Source of the DNA: a virus
DNA: 64,000 nt
Strand: one strand, 5' to 3'
IMG/VR virus record: IMGVR_UViG_3300045988_180675
Span: 135,478 to 199,477 of that record
Made by a program: the position numbers and the translations under genes
In this document: in pieces, positions 28,874 to 39,800 of the stretch
Position numbering within the stretch: position 1 is the first letter of the stretch
How the letters are laid out: each line of letters begins with the position of its first letter
The notes under the pieces: generated by a model
What the model saw: the letters and a program-made list of their open reading frames with translations, nothing else
Database searches by the model: none
What the model was told of the DNA's origin: nothing

Positions 28874-28886
28874 TATATTATGCTAT
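28874..28886 (-). promoter_or_regulatory. Box-1, exact copy, extended to an inverted repeat TATGCTA-ttt-TAGCATA
   Basis: Exact 13-mer, 23 nt upstream of the ATG at 28850. The palindrome spans about 28880..28896. Confidence 0.6.
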
Positions 28887-28923
28887 TTTAGCATACAAAA
28901 TAAACTATAATTTTTGTTTTTTA

Positions 28924-28961
28924 CAGAAAATAAAGAAGAGAAAAGTAACGCTTCCTCTTCT
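28924..28961 (-). terminator. probable terminator after the coupling-protein operon
   Basis: Stem agaagag/ctcttct (28934..28940 / 28955..28961) plus a T-rich tract on the minus strand. Confidence 0.5.
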
Positions 28962-28985
28962 TATCTTCTGATTTGTTGTCTTTTG

Positions 28986-31442
28986 CTACATCTTGACATC
29001 ATCGGCAACAGATTCTTTCACCTGGATTGCGGTGAGGTGATTTGCGTATGAGCCTACGCTTTCATCTCTTAGACTATCTAATGTTTTATCCAATGTGGAA
29101 TCTGCGTATCTCATTATTTCTTGGTTCTGTTCTAGTTTTTCTGATGCCTTAACAAGATCAATTGCAAGCTTATCCTTATTTTCTTCAATGTTATTGGCAA
29201 AACCTACAACGGTATTTCCATTGGCATCTTTGTTTTCGGATATTTCTTTCGCATTTTGCTTCTTAGCTTCTTCTCGATCTTTTCTCTTTGCTTCTTCATC
29301 TGAAGTCTCTTCTTGAACTTCACCATGTCGATCTTCCTTGGTTAATTCTTCATCCTTTTTAACACCGTTGGCATTAAAGTAATTGATCTTAGAATGATCA
29401 AAGTAAAATCCAGGCAAGCTTTCTACAAGTTTTCTATTTGGATGATCTAATGTCGTATACTTCTTGTCTCTAACAGGATCCAAAGACTTCATAATGATAA
29501 TACATTCATCTTCGCCGATTCTTCTTACTTCAGCAGGAGAAATCAGCTCTACGCCAGTGTTGTTAATTGAAACGCTACCCGCAGCACCTTTTGAGAATGA
29601 TTGGTTCATGATCTTACGTGTTTCTTTACCGATTGCGGCGGAAACGTACTTCGCAGTATCTTCATCCCAACCACCACCGATGTACATGAATGTGTCGCAG
29701 TTACCAGATAGCTCGCCCCATGAATCCTTATACATCTTCTTTAACTGGGCAAGTGACTGCAAGATGATCCATACAGAAATTTCATATTTACGAATCGTAG
29801 CAAGTTTCTCTTCGAACTTCGGAATCTTACCGATATTGGCAAACTCATCGGCAATTAATGATACGTGAATAGGTACACGTTGACCTCTATTGGATTGCTT
29901 GTTGGCTGGTATTACCTTACCAAATTCTTTGATGCCATCAAGCCATTCTTTAGCCTTTTCTTTTTGTCCACGCCATGTAATTAGCTTGTCATCTTTTGTT
30001 CGGATCTCATACCAGTTATATTGCTTGTTATATTTAATATATCCAGTCTTGATTCCTTCCAATATTTCCTTGGCTTCTTGCTGAGCCGCTGCTGACTCAC
30101 GTTCAGATTTAGCTCTAACTGTTTTAACGACCTGATTACTTGCGTCCATGATCAGATGACCATATTCCGCATTTCCTTCGGAATAATCGTATAAAAGCGT
30201 AAACAACTGAGAATACATTGTTGATGCTAAGAAGTTAAATGGTCCACCACCTGTAGGCAAGCAGATAAATATCGCAGTCTTTTCATCACCGATCTTATCT
30301 AATTCGATATCATCATCATCTGTCAGCTCTACTACGTCCTGAAGGTCGAAAGCCTTTAGTCGTGTAACGACAGAAATCAACACGGATTTCAAAGTCTTAC
30401 CAGCAGCCAATTTAAAGTTTTTGTACTGCTTTACAGCAAAGTTTTCTGGATCATATTGAGCAACTTCTTCAAAAATTGCATCTAATGGTGACTTGGAAGA
30501 ACTATCATTTTCATCTACATCAGCTGCACGAATTAATCTCATTACGTTTGAGAAATTTTGCTGGCTCTTGATTGTAAAGTGGTATAAGTAAGCAATTAGT
30601 GCTAATAGCAATGTCGTTTCTGCATTTTCCCAGAAGGCATCGCCACCCTTTTTATCAGCTGGCGTTGTATTAGCAATAATTGTATCAACAAGAATCGTAA
30701 TATCCTTATCTGAACGAATATATGTAAACGGGTTATAATGTGCAGATCGATCCATGTTTGTAAGATCAAACAATTTAACTTTATAACCTAACGCTTCCAA
30801 AAATCTTCCGTATTCTTTATTTAGACCACCAGAAGGGTCGGTTACAAGATAGGAACAGTTGGCTTGCATAATATTAGGACCAACGATGTTAAATGATTTA
30901 CCAGCACCAGATCCTCCGATTGCAAGAAGGTTTAAGTTTCTTCTTGTTCTCCATGCACTTAGCGAAAGTCTGATTTCTTGTGAAAAGATAACGTTGTTTG
31001 GACCACTATCATCTACTACCCCAAAAGGCTCTGTAAACCTCTTTTTATATTCGGAATAATCTTCCATCCATTTAGCAGAACCTTGGGCAATATCAGAATC
31101 GTAGTGGTTTTTAATTCTATCCCTACTGATCAATACAAAGGCATACATCCCCGCTGCAATAAATAGTAATAGAGAAATAACGAATGTTCCACTTGGAATT
31201 GGAAATATCGAAAAAGGCTTGAAGATCATGTGAGGTATTCCTTGAATAACATCATCAAAAATATCATTTCGAGGATTGTTATGAGCAACGACTCTAACAT
31301 GAATAATGTATAGTGCAAATAAAGCATACACAATCAATGTGTAGATGATCAATCTCTTGTATCTAGCACGTTGTTTCTCTGAAAGATTCAGAAGCTTATA
31401 AAACTTCTTTTGGAGTTCGGCTAATTTTTCTTTATTCATCAT
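28986..31442 (-). CDS. VirD4/TraG-type type IV coupling protein
   Basis: 818 aa with N-terminal TM helices, Walker A GGSGAGKS and the characteristic ...LIADEFANIGKIP... Walker B region. The ATGA start/stop overlaps the upstream gene. Confidence 0.9.
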   Translation of the reverse strand: MMNKEKLAELQKKFYKLLNLSEKQRARYKRLIIYTLIVYALFALYIIHVRVVAHNNPRNDIFDDVIQGIPHMIFKPFSIFPIPSGTFVISLLLFIAAGMYAFVLISRDRIKNHYDSDIAQGSAKWMEDYSEYKKRFTEPFGVVDDSGPNNVIFSQEIRLSLSAWRTRRNLNLLAIGGSGAGKSFNIVGPNIMQANCSYLVTDPSGGLNKEYGRFLEALGYKVKLFDLTNMDRSAHYNPFTYIRSDKDITILVDTIIANTTPADKKGGDAFWENAETTLLLALIAYLYHFTIKSQQNFSNVMRLIRAADVDENDSSSKSPLDAIFEEVAQYDPENFAVKQYKNFKLAAGKTLKSVLISVVTRLKAFDLQDVVELTDDDDIELDKIGDEKTAIFICLPTGGGPFNFLASTMYSQLFTLLYDYSEGNAEYGHLIMDASNQVVKTVRAKSERESAAAQQEAKEILEGIKTGYIKYNKQYNWYEIRTKDDKLITWRGQKEKAKEWLDGIKEFGKVIPANKQSNRGQRVPIHVSLIADEFANIGKIPKFEEKLATIRKYEISVWIILQSLAQLKKMYKDSWGELSGNCDTFMYIGGGWDEDTAKYVSAAIGKETRKIMNQSFSKGAAGSVSINNTGVELISPAEVRRIGEDECIIIMKSLDPVRDKKYTTLDHPNRKLVESLPGFYFDHSKINYFNANGVKKDEELTKEDRHGEVQEETSDEEAKRKDREEAKKQNAKEISENKDANGNTVVGFANNIEENKDKLAIDLVKASEKLEQNQEIMRYADSTLDKTLDSLRDESVGSYANHLTAIQVKESVADDVKM

Positions 31443-32836
31443 TTCGCAACCTCACTCTTTTCTTCTGTTTCTTTCTCTTGTGTCTTTTCAACTGTCTTAG
31501 GTTCATATTCCTTAACCTTTTCTGTCGAACGAGCAATCTTTTCGTCAATAGAAGTAACCTTTTCAATTCCAGCTTCTTTTGCATAGACTTCGATTCTCGA
31601 TAAGATACTAGCCATTTTAGCCATGACGTTAATATCTAAACCTGTAATACGAGAAATCTTGATCAGATCAACGATATCTTCTTTGATGTATCCCTTTGGC
31701 ACGGTTCCTTTTTGAGCAGCCAGAATGGCTTCTGCGGTATAGGATTGAAATAGTTTAAACTTCGAATCCCACATGCCACTCTTTTGCATGATCGGCTCAT
31801 AAAGCAACTTTCTTCTAGCAATTTCTGTCGCTTTTGTTATAAAGTTTTTAGTTCCAACTACAACCACGTTTAGTCTTGGTTTTGGATTTTTGAAATGCTC
31901 GATCACATCTTCTTCAGAATACAGACATTTGTGCTTGGTAATACTTGCCAAACAACTGTTTAGCTTTTCTTCAAATGCTTCGTCATCTTGATCAATATTG
32001 ATATCTACGACCAGATCGATTTCATTATCTGGCGTTGTCTCTGGATGACCGTATTGGATGCCATACGGAGTTCTCTTTACGTAAAGCTGTTCTTGACCTA
32101 CGATCCAGACTGGTTTTTTCATATCACCATTTTCATCTGGAAAGTTTTTCGCTTTTTGCATTTGGTAATGGCTCTCATTTAAAGACTCTTCTTTTACGAT
32201 TTTAGAAACATCTCCATGTGTAAGCATTTTTGCTTCTGCAATAAGCCCCATAATCGTTATATTATTGGATACAGCGATACTCTTTGGAGCAGAATATGTT
32301 AAAACAAATGTGCCGTCGATCATCTTATCAATACCGATCGTTTCATCTGGTAGTACATCGTCGATCTTGCCTTCAATATAGGAAATCTCCGCTTCTGATA
32401 ATCCGCAGACCTCCAACATTTGCTTTTCTTTGCCACCTTTTTGCATATAGATTTTTGCAGCTTCGGCTGAAGTCTTGATATGACAATATTTCGATGCGTT
32501 TGGCAGAATTTCTTTTACAACTAAGATCCGTTGCTTTTCTGCATCACATTCTCTAATGATGAAGCCATAGTTACCAGTTGCTTCTCGCATTAAAAGATAT
32601 GGGATCATTTGAGAATTCATAGCCTGCATCATTCGATCAATCAGATCCCCTCGACAAGTAAAAGAACTTAGTTTCCCACCCTTTTCCATCCAACTAAGGA
32701 TTGCCTTTTCATTTGGGAAATTACTATTGCTCAAATAATCATGTAATTTCTTTTTAAATAACTTGACGATATCTAATGTATCATTATTGATATTATTAGC
32801 TACATCAAGTTCTTTTTTTGTTACATTAAACGCCAT
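31439..32836 (-). CDS. hypothetical protein (465 aa) translationally coupled to the coupling protein
   Basis: Long ORF whose stop overlaps the virD4-like start (ATGA). No motif recognised. Confidence 0.7.
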   Translation of the reverse strand: MAFNVTKKELDVANNINNDTLDIVKLFKKKLHDYLSNSNFPNEKAILSWMEKGGKLSSFTCRGDLIDRMMQAMNSQMIPYLLMREATGNYGFIIRECDAEKQRILVVKEILPNASKYCHIKTSAEAAKIYMQKGGKEKQMLEVCGLSEAEISYIEGKIDDVLPDETIGIDKMIDGTFVLTYSAPKSIAVSNNITIMGLIAEAKMLTHGDVSKIVKEESLNESHYQMQKAKNFPDENGDMKKPVWIVGQEQLYVKRTPYGIQYGHPETTPDNEIDLVVDINIDQDDEAFEEKLNSCLASITKHKCLYSEEDVIEHFKNPKPRLNVVVVGTKNFITKATEIARRKLLYEPIMQKSGMWDSKFKLFQSYTAEAILAAQKGTVPKGYIKEDIVDLIKISRITGLDINVMAKMASILSRIEVYAKEAGIEKVTSIDEKIARSTEKVKEYEPKTVEKTQEKETEEKSEVAK

Positions 32837-32839
32837 TCG

Positions 32840-33451
32840 TCACTCCTCCTGTATCTCGTCAAACAACTTCTTTAATTCAACAAACATCTTCTCTGGATAA
32901 TCCTTTTCCTTATAATCCTTCTCTTTAAACCCATAAGATTGCATGAAGTTCATATATTCTAAATCATGGATAAAGGAAAGAAATTCATTCATCCCATAAT
33001 ATTCAACTACTGGACGCAACAGCCCTTTCTTTTCTTCCTTCTTCATTCTTCTCCATAGGGCTGAAGGGACGATCTGTAAAGGTAGTAAATCCTTATCCTC
33101 AATAATATCCAAATGATATTCAAATAGTTTTTTAATATATTTCAGGGTTTCGATGTACCCATCATCTTCCATTAATTCTTCTAATTTGATCGTCTTATAG
33201 AAAATCAAATATGGTAAAAAATCTCTAAATCGTTCTTCAACATTGTGATTGATCAACTGAGCAACGGTTGGATAATGGTTTTCATCGGTGAACTGATTTT
33301 TAAAGTTCATATTAGAAATGTCCGCTGTATTTTCATGAATCTTTTGGGCAATAGCAACCATTCTATCGTACTTGTTCTGTGAAATATGTACGATTTCCTC
33401 GCCTTTTAGTGGATCTACATCATATTTTTCAACCAATCTATCTAACAGCAT
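32840..33451 (-). CDS. hypothetical protein (203 aa)
   Basis: Lies within the operon and overlaps the exonuclease gene end by 14 nt. No motif recognised. Confidence 0.7.
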   Translation of the reverse strand: MLLDRLVEKYDVDPLKGEEIVHISQNKYDRMVAIAQKIHENTADISNMNFKNQFTDENHYPTVAQLINHNVEERFRDFLPYLIFYKTIKLEELMEDDGYIETLKYIKKLFEYHLDIIEDKDLLPLQIVPSALWRRMKKEEKKGLLRPVVEYYGMNEFLSFIHDLEYMNFMQSYGFKEKDYKEKDYPEKMFVELKKLFDEIQEE

Positions 33452-34325
33452 CCTTATTCACCTGTCTCTCTTTTAATTTTTTTATCAATTCCTTTTCATT
33501 GGCAACACCTTCTCTTGATAAAACCATTTGTCTTACAAGTGGAAGGTTGATCGTATCACTATCGCTGCACCATTCCTTTTTATATCCATCGTAGTATGTC
33601 TTGGTTTGTGGGTTTGTAGCCACATATACACGTTCTACACGATGGCTAGGAGCATACAATCTTGGATTGTAGATCTTATAAAAATCGTATTTCTTCTCTT
33701 CTTTTTGCCCCATTTCTTTTTCTCTGATTCTCTTCTTATATACACCAAGAGATAATTGCAAAACACGAGTCGTAGCAATTACGTCATCCATTGATTGGTG
33801 GAACGTTAATCCCTTATTGAGTCCGTATTTTTCTGCTACCATACTCAGCTTATATTTTTCACAATCTAATAATTCTTTTGCCATTGGGAAAGCATCGATA
33901 TGAAGATCATAAGTAAAATCTTCACCAAACACACGTTGGTACATGGAGTTCATAAAGCCTTCGTCAAATCCTGTTGAATTATATCCAGAAATCAATGCCT
34001 TTTCGCCAATAAAATTTCTGATCGTTACAGCTGCTACATCTTCTGTTGGTTTATCCTTGACCATCTCATTTGTAATGCCATTGATATCAGAAACTTCTTT
34101 TGGAATTATCATTTCTGGATTGATAAACTGATTGATCCGATCGACTTCTCGAAAGGATACTCCATCATACGTTACCTTTACAGCACTAAAAGACAGAATT
34201 CTATCTGTCAGCTTTTTCAAACCAGTTGTTTCAAGGTCGAATACGATTAACTCTCGTCCCTTGTTAAGTTCTTCTAATAGAACCTTAGCTTCTGGTTCTC
34301 TATTTTCTAAAGATAATCTGCTCAT
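33438..34325 (-). CDS. DEDDh (DnaQ/epsilon-like) 3-prime-5-prime exonuclease with extra C-terminal domain
   Basis: Exo I VFDLETTGL, Exo II GYNSTGFDEGFM, Exo III HQSMDDVIAT. The start is trimmed to MSRLSLEN, whose ATG (34325..34323) overlaps the sortase TGA (ATGA coupling). Confidence 0.8.
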   Translation of the reverse strand: MSRLSLENREPEAKVLLEELNKGRELIVFDLETTGLKKLTDRILSFSAVKVTYDGVSFREVDRINQFINPEMIIPKEVSDINGITNEMVKDKPTEDVAAVTIRNFIGEKALISGYNSTGFDEGFMNSMYQRVFGEDFTYDLHIDAFPMAKELLDCEKYKLSMVAEKYGLNKGLTFHQSMDDVIATTRVLQLSLGVYKKRIREKEMGQKEEKKYDFYKIYNPRLYAPSHRVERVYVATNPQTKTYYDGYKKEWCSDSDTINLPLVRQMVLSREGVANEKELIKKLKERQVNKDAVR

Positions 34326-35140
34326 TTTTCCCGTCCTTTCCATATCAATGCAACGGTTATAATACAAGCGAATGTCATAACAATAACAATGCCAGATTCA
34401 ATCAATGCTGGCTTTATCACATCACGCATTGGATCCGTATAGTTTTCTTTTGGTGCAGCCGTTAGATCTACTCTATGTCCAGTAACTAATAACCGATGCG
34501 TATTAATACCGTATGGAGTACAAGTAACAAGTGTAGCGAGATCCTTCCCGTCCTGGATCTTCAAGGCGTTTACTTCAGATGGCAAGACCGTTTGTATATT
34601 GTCTACCTCATAAGCCAACTTTTTGTTGCCAACGGTAATATAGAAGATATCACCTGTTACTAGCTTATCTATATCCGTAAACAATTTTGCTGTTGCAAGT
34701 GCCCTATGTCCACTTAGCACTGTATGTGTATCTACTCCTCCGATCGGGAAACTTGTTCTTTCGATATGCCCAATACAATTTTCTAACACATCATCTTCTG
34801 TACCGTGCTTGATTGGTAGTTTTACATTGATTTTCGGAATATCTACATAACCTATTATGCTATTTTTCAGGTCTAAGATTTCAAAATAATTACTGTTCTT
34901 CAAAAGAAATTGGTTGCCGTTAGTTTTAGAATATTCATAAAGTTCTTCGTTATATTTTTCCGCTTCTTTTATTTTTTCTTCTATATCGTTTTCGTGTATA
35001 ACTTCTTCAGAATAAGAAACAATATCTTTTGCAGCATGGTATTTATTGAGTGTATCCGTTATAGAAGGAATTAAAAGACAAATGATTGCTATATAGGTTA
35101 ATAAAACAGCACATGTGAATCTAATTCTTGTTTGTCTCAT
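34322..35140 (-). CDS. class C (pilin-polymerising) sortase
   Basis: N-terminal TM, HRAL..., active-site block LATLVTCTPYGINTHRLLVTGHR, and a C-terminal hydrophobic lid/TM. Confidence 0.85.
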   Translation of the reverse strand: MRQTRIRFTCAVLLTYIAIICLLIPSITDTLNKYHAAKDIVSYSEEVIHENDIEEKIKEAEKYNEELYEYSKTNGNQFLLKNSNYFEILDLKNSIIGYVDIPKINVKLPIKHGTEDDVLENCIGHIERTSFPIGGVDTHTVLSGHRALATAKLFTDIDKLVTGDIFYITVGNKKLAYEVDNIQTVLPSEVNALKIQDGKDLATLVTCTPYGINTHRLLVTGHRVDLTAAPKENYTDPMRDVIKPALIESGIVIVMTFACIITVALIWKGREK

Positions 35141-35143
35141 AGC

Positions 35144-35935
35144 TTATTTCACCAATTTATAGACCAACTGGATTCTCTCTGTATTTCCTTCTTCGACACT
35201 TTTACATGTTGATAATACAGTTATCTTATCATTCGTCTTAGGATCATCACCTAAAGTATAATCAGCTTTGTTTTTTAGTTCTGTTAATAGGTTTTGATAC
35301 TCTAGTGATTCTGACATATATGGTGTGTTGTATATATTATCGTATGCATCCCCGTTTATCATCGCCCACAACGTCCAGTGTTCTGTTCTGTCTGGATAAT
35401 ACATGTACAGATCTGGATTTGCTGTACCGTATGCCTGGTCTTGATATCTAGTTAGTGAAGAGAATGCAATTGCTTCTGTATTGGACCAAATTGTATCTGT
35501 ATTGCTGAACATTTTGTGACCGAAAATAATCGTGTGCATATCTTCTGGTACATTTGCAATAAATAATGATCCACCAATGTAATAATCCTTGTTAAAATCA
35601 TGGGTTAAATAAAAATATTGATCAGGAACTGGTTCCTTCATAACTGGATAATCAATAGGCGTGTTTGGTACTGTAAGCCATGCGTATGTATCTTCATTTT
35701 TACTTAATAATGCACCAAAATCGATCTTGCGATCCATATAATCATTTCTTACCACATCTTTTCCGTTTGTTTCTTCATTTGTTGCAATCTTTTGTACATC
35801 ATTTGAGACAGCTGTAAAATGTTTCTCCGTTTCAAATTCCTTAATTGCCTTATATCCAAAAAATATACTAACACCTATCAGTGCTACTCCAACCGTTTTT
35901 CTAACAGCATTTTTAATACTCTTTTTTAATTTCAT
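35144..35935 (-). CDS. class B-like sortase
   Basis: N-terminal TM, HTIIFGHKM, ITVLSTCK... and a downstream Arg (TERIQLVYK). Size and motif order are as in SrtB. Confidence 0.7.
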   Translation of the reverse strand: MKLKKSIKNAVRKTVGVALIGVSIFFGYKAIKEFETEKHFTAVSNDVQKIATNEETNGKDVVRNDYMDRKIDFGALLSKNEDTYAWLTVPNTPIDYPVMKEPVPDQYFYLTHDFNKDYYIGGSLFIANVPEDMHTIIFGHKMFSNTDTIWSNTEAIAFSSLTRYQDQAYGTANPDLYMYYPDRTEHWTLWAMINGDAYDNIYNTPYMSESLEYQNLLTELKNKADYTLGDDPKTNDKITVLSTCKSVEEGNTERIQLVYKLVK

Positions 35936-35966
35936 GAATTTCTCCTACTTTCTTTATACATATTAT

Positions 35967-35996
35967 ATTCTACCACATACTGTTATTATTTACCAA
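35967..35996 (-). promoter_or_regulatory. sigma-A-type promoter TTGGTA-N18-TAGAAT (TGg extended -10) with ATACTGTTAT box in the spacer
   Basis: -10 at 35967..35972, -35 at 35991..35996, and the box CATACTGTTATT at 35976..35987. Confidence 0.6.
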
Positions 35997-36002
35997 TGAA
36001 AC

Positions 36003-36029
36003 AAAAAAAAGAAGCTTATATTAAGCTTC
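36003..36029 (-). terminator. Rho-independent terminator after 36041..36760
   Basis: Stem gaagctta/taagcttc (36011..36018 / 36022..36029) plus a long T-run on the minus strand. Confidence 0.7.
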
Positions 36030-36040
36030 TCTTTCTTTTT

Positions 36041-36760
36041 TTACTCCCAACCGACTAAAACTTGTTCGTCATGAGCTGGAGAATCCTCAACCCAAACTTG
36101 AGTTGTTACTGCATCATGATGGACAGAACCGACTTGAACCTCTCTTACAGCATAGTTCCCGTCTCCATACAAGCTCCCATTTTCTATAAAGTCATCTGCT
36201 GAATCATAAATATGACCAGAAGAAATACCCACAATTCGTCTTTCGAACTGAGGATCATCATAAGCTTCTGAGATAACTTGCGTTTCCCAGTGACCAGTAG
36301 CATCATAATGAACTGTCTGATAGACAGGTTTCTTTTCCTTCTGAACAGAAGGCTGTTCTACCGCATTGTTATTTGCGGTGTTTTCAGAAGGTTGATTAGT
36401 GACATTAGAAGTATTCTCTGCGTTTGTTGCAGATTCTGTATTTGTTTTTTCTTCTGTTGTTACCTTTTTATCATCCTTCTTTTCATCAGCTTTCTTTTCG
36501 TCAGACTTCTTTTCTTCGTTCTTCTTCTCTGATTCCTTCTTTGTAGTGTCTTCCTTTTCCTTCTTCTTCTCATTTCCAGAGTGGTTAATCTCCTTAACAT
36601 AAGAAGAACCAGAAGAGCCGTTGTCTCCACTATTATTAAGTGGAGTAAAAATCATAACTAACATCACCACAATAAAAGTCACAAGTGCAGCTACGATACC
36701 GTATACCAACTTTGGTACGGACTTTAATCCTCTTTTTAATTTTTCTAATAAATTTTTCAT
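36041..36760 (-). CDS. membrane-anchored hypothetical protein (239 aa), carries the class-2 leader
   Basis: N-terminal TM, a K/E-rich low-complexity linker and a roughly 100-aa C-terminal domain of unknown family. Confidence 0.7.
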   Translation of the reverse strand: MKNLLEKLKRGLKSVPKLVYGIVAALVTFIVVMLVMIFTPLNNSGDNGSSGSSYVKEINHSGNEKKKEKEDTTKKESEKKNEEKKSDEKKADEKKDDKKVTTEEKTNTESATNAENTSNVTNQPSENTANNNAVEQPSVQKEKKPVYQTVHYDATGHWETQVISEAYDDPQFERRIVGISSGHIYDSADDFIENGSLYGDGNYAVREVQVGSVHHDAVTTQVWVEDSPAHDEQVLVGWE

Positions 36761-36854
36761 TTTTCCTCCTTAGCCCTCTTCGGCTTTTTTATTTTCTGCC
36801 TTATTTAACAACGTTCTCCATAATCATCAAATAAAGTCATATTTATTATGCGAG
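36761..36854 (-). promoter_or_regulatory. class-2 conserved leader, copy B
   Basis: The core at 36814..36853 is nearly identical to 8354..8393. A hairpin agcc-ctcttc-ggct (36772..36785) abuts the SD. Confidence 0.6.
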
Positions 36855-36864
36855 AAATAAGAAA

Positions 36865-36891
36865 TGAAAAAAGGATGTTTTACAACATCCT
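36865..36891 (-). terminator. Rho-independent terminator after 36899..40954
   Basis: Stem aggatgtt/aacatcct (36872..36879 / 36884..36891) plus a T-run on the minus strand. Confidence 0.75.
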
Positions 36892-36898
36892 CTTATCA

Positions 36899-39800
36899 TT
36901 AGTGCTTCTTCTTAATAAGTAAGTATGCACCGCAAGTCATTGCTGCAAGAGCAACGAATGCTAGAGCGATTACGCCACCAGTTGATACGCCTGTACCAAT
37001 TTCTGGAGCTAACTCATTTTCAACAGTAATCTGAATTGGATTTTCTTTTGCGAAATTCTTATCATCTACTGGGTTTACAACATACTTGTTATTATTTAAC
37101 TTGTAACCATTTGGAGCCTTAGTTTCTTGCACATAATATCCACCAAGATCATCCTTGTATTCAACGTTGAATGAAACAAGTCCGTCCGCACCAGTTGTGG
37201 CAATGCACTGCTTACCGTCAACATCAACAGCTACTGATCCATCAGCATTGAATAGTGTGAATTCTGCTCCTGTAAGTGTCTTATTCTTGTCAGCAGCATC
37301 AACTTTCTTGATTGCAACAAAGTAATTCTTGCGAGCATCTGTCATTGATACAAGCTGCTTTTCAGCAGATGATCCAGTTGCAGTAAACTCGATTTCCTTA
37401 GCCTTTTCAAAGCCCTTTGGAGCTTCTACTTCGCTTAGGATATATGTCTTTCCACCGACTAGCTTTTCTGATACATTGTGCATTTCCTTATCGGAAACAA
37501 ACTCGTCAACAACTTCTCCTGTTTCCTTGTTTGTAATCTTCAATTTTGCACCACTGATTAGTGTTCCGTGGTTGTCTACCTTAGCAACTTGAATGTCGTT
37601 ATCTAAGTCTACCATTGTGATTGTAACAGGTTCATCTGTACCAACCTTGGCAACCTGGAATACCATTGATGTGCTTAATGCTTTGCCATTTACGGATTCC
37701 TTTTCAACTAATTGGTATGTATGCTCAGCCTTTAGAACCTTCTTTAATTCGAATGGTTCCTTTGTTGTAATTCCGTTATTTGGTAGCTCAACAGTTACAG
37801 GGTTTTCCTTATCCGTGATGTCTGTTAATTCTAACTTAACACCTTCGACATATTCTCCCCTTTCATCAACCTTTGCAATCTTATAATTGATAGCACCATC
37901 AATCATTGTGATTGTAACAGGCTTATCAGGATGGAACATGTCAACAGTTACTTCACGTTCTGTTGTGTAGTAGTATCCATCGATTGGTTCTGTTTCACGG
38001 ATGATGTATGTCTTACCAGCAAACAACTTCTTGCCGATCTGATGTTCTTCATCAGGCTTTGTCTGCCAGCTTTGAATTACTTCACCAGATTCCTTATCGA
38101 CAACTTCCAACTTAACATTTGCTAATGGATGACCATCAGAATCTACCTTCTTAACCTTGATATCGATATCTTCGTCAACCATTGTGATTGTAACCTTTTG
38201 ATCAGGCTTAAACTTATCAACTGTAAATGTGATGTCAGCTGACTTGTAGTGACCAGCAACTACCTCTGTTTCACGCAAGATGTATGTGTTTCCAGCTTTA
38301 ACAATGTTTCCGATCTGGTGTTCTTCGTCTGGCTTTGTCTGCCAAGAAGTAACAACTTCTCCCGTTTTGCTATCAATTACCTCTAACTTGACATCAGCTA
38401 ATGGATGACCGTCTGAGTCCACCTTCTTAACAACTAGATCAATTTTATCTTCTGGAATTGTTAGATTTACTGGAAGATTTGTAGGAGTATTCTCGTCAAT
38501 AGTGATTTCTACAGGTTTAGCATTGTAGTATCCTACTGGAGCTTCCTTTTCGATAATCTTGTATGTCTTTCCTCTACGGAAGATATTTACTTCTTGAGGC
38601 TCTTTTGAAGATGTGATTTCGCCAACCTTCTCATCTGTTGTAGCGTCATACACCTCGAATGTTACGCCTTCAATCTTTTCGCCTGTTGCAGCATCAATCT
38701 TAGCAAATTCATAACGAACATGTTCATTCTTGAAACTTACTTGGATTGTGTCGTTTGCTGGCTTTGTTTCTGGAACTAAGAAGTCCATTGCTTGTGCAAT
38801 ATAGAATTCCTTGTCGGCATTCTTTTCGATAATTCGGTACATGTGACCAGCCTTTAACAAATGACCAACCTGTTCACCATGTTCGGCAACGCTTGTCCAC
38901 TTATGTACTGGTGTTGTTGCATTTGGATCTTCTGTAATATCATATAACTCTAGTTCGGCATTAGCTACAGGGTTTCCCTTTTCATCTACCTTTACGATTT
39001 CACGCTTAATAGATTCATCTGTAACGTTAATTCCTTCCAATACCTTATGGTCTTCAGAAATTGTAAACGCTACTGGATTAGGGTTTACGAAATAACCTGT
39101 AGGAGCCTTCTTTTCTACTAGCTCATAGTTTCCGTATGGTAAGAAGTTCTTAGGAGTTGAATAACTTCCGTCTTCCTTTGTTGTGATTCTGTATGACAAT
39201 TCTTCTCCAGCGTTTGCTGTACCAAGAACATCACCGTCATCATTTCGAGCTACTACGTCAAAATCATTTTTGTTTACAACTGCAAACTCTGTAACACCCT
39301 TGATAACATTTCCTGTCTCGTTGTCAAGCTTTGTTCCTTCGAATTCGCCACGTAATACACCTTCTTTAACTGTAAAGTGATTTCCAGCGTTCATTGATGC
39401 GACAGTATTATCATCAACAATATTCATTAAAGCAACACCGTTTCGTTGTTCTACAGTATCACCAACAGCAGATAATACTTTGTTTTCCAATTTGTATCCG
39501 TTTGGAGCCTTTGTTTCCTCAACAGTTACAGTACCGAGAGGGAACGTTGGGTTACTATTATCTAAATAAAAATCATCACCAGAAACCTTGTATTTCTCAC
39601 TTAATCCCGTTACAAACTCTCCTCTTCCATTCTTCAATGTTTTAATAACCCATTGTCTTGTTGGAGTTGATGGAAGCGTGTCAAATGTATATTGACCAGC
39701 ATAGAATTTAACTGTGAATTCAGCACCTTCTAGGCTTGCTGGATTGTTAATTACATCTCCATCTTCAGAAACTTTATTTAATTCAATTCTGAGCGGGTCA

